NCBI RefSeq assembly: GCF_006345805.1
Contig: NC_043000.1
Location: forward strand, 92,690,001 to 92,754,000
Source of the DNA: Octopus sinensis
Lineage: Eukaryota
Direction of reading: 5' to 3'
Length of the DNA: 64,000 nucleotides
Every line of letters starts with the position of its first letter. Positions within the stretch are counted from its first letter, which is position 1. Shown piece by piece: positions 63,137-64,000 of the stretch. Made by a program: the position numbers and the translations under genes. A model generated the notes under the pieces. The model was given only the letters and a program-made list of their open reading frames with translations. It ran no database searches and was not told the origin of the DNA.

Positions 63137-63416
63137 AAATTAATTAAGGGTAGAAATTGATATTTATCAATTAAGACCAGTGGTCTAGCATATTAAAAAA
63201 GAATCCGAAGATTAAAATATTTATATATACCAATTAAGGACTGAACACGAAAAGTGGACAGTCAACATGCTAGATATAGACGTCAAATCGCCATTCACCA
63301 CAAAAGATTATGTTCTCAGATCAATCTGAGAACATAATCTTTTGTGGTGAATGGCGATTTGACGTCTATATCTAGCATGTTGACTGTCCACTTTTCGTGT
63401 TCAGTCCTTAATTGGT
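63137..63416 (-). mobile_element. Perfect hairpin (93-bp arms, 2-nt spacer) plus a unique tail, inside (TA)n; probable truncated, inverted PLE end
   Basis: 63229-63321 is the reverse complement of 63324-63416; tail aagggtagaaattgatatttatcaatta. Confidence 0.7.
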
Positions 63417-63429
63417 GTATATATATATA

Positions 63430-63735
63430 TATAGGGTAGAGTTAAGATACCCTTTGGTCATGAGTGTCTTGGGATTGTACCTAGACAGTCCGCCTCCAAA
63501 GTACAAGTCCAGGCAAAGTTGTTTATGGAAGACCAGCAGTCACCCATGCATACCAGCCTCCTTTCTCCATACCACCAATGTTATTCAATGGAAAGGTGAA
63601 GGCTGAAACAGCTTGGAACCAGTGACATTGCAGCTCATTTCTATAGCTGAGTGAACTGGAACAATGTGAAATAAAATGTCTTGCTAATGAACAAGACACA
63701 CAGCCCGGTCTGGGAATTGAATTCACTACATCATG
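63430..63735 (-). mobile_element. tRNA-derived SINE
   Basis: Reverse-complement homology to 31075-31372. Confidence 0.75.
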
Positions 63736-63736
63736 G

Positions 63737-63816
<80 letters not shown>

Positions 63817-64000
63817 CATTTATATATATATGTGTATGTGTATTCAATTTCCATTGAATACCCTATATGTGTCGTGAGCCCAGCACTCTAATCACTGAGC
63901 CATTAATACATATATGTTTGTGTGTGTGTGTAATATATATATATATGTATATTTTATCGTACATATATATATATATGTATATTTTATCTCTAATTTATAT

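Noticed and set aside
243-63819. Numerous ORFs rich in YI, HT, CV, poly-I/L/D/H/M in the ORF track
   Set aside because: They are translations of (TA)n, (CA)n, (TACA)n, (ATT)n and (GAT)n microsatellites with no protein-like complexity.

Overview
AT-rich, microsatellite-saturated eukaryotic DNA with no recognisable host protein-coding gene. The repeat content (tRNA-derived SINE families, RTE and R4/Dong-like LINEs, very long TA/ATT/TACA/TAGA tracts) suggests an octopus genome (inference). It is probably intergenic or intronic. The only long ORF (about 45754-48580) belongs to a young, 5'-truncated RTE-clade LINE. It has a C4HC3 PHD-type finger inserted inside the RT domain and a 63-bp structured repeat array in its 3' UTR. 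Also present: a 3.0-kb L1/Tx1-like element lacking RT, inserted with a 12-bp TSD into a SINE's tRNA-like head; non-autonomous Helitrons; Tc1/mariner fossils and MITEs; several R4/Dong-like fragments abutting (TAA)n; and dozens of SINEs. The most striking unannotated signal is a set of Penelope-like element (PLE) relics sitting in (TA)n tracts. They include four hammerhead-ribozyme motifs (one near-intact at 21511-21588) and three long fold-back or inverted structures (21408-21896, 35046-35391, 63137-63416) with similar terminal motifs. Coordinates of degraded repeats are approximate, and family names come from motif recognition by eye, not from database searches.
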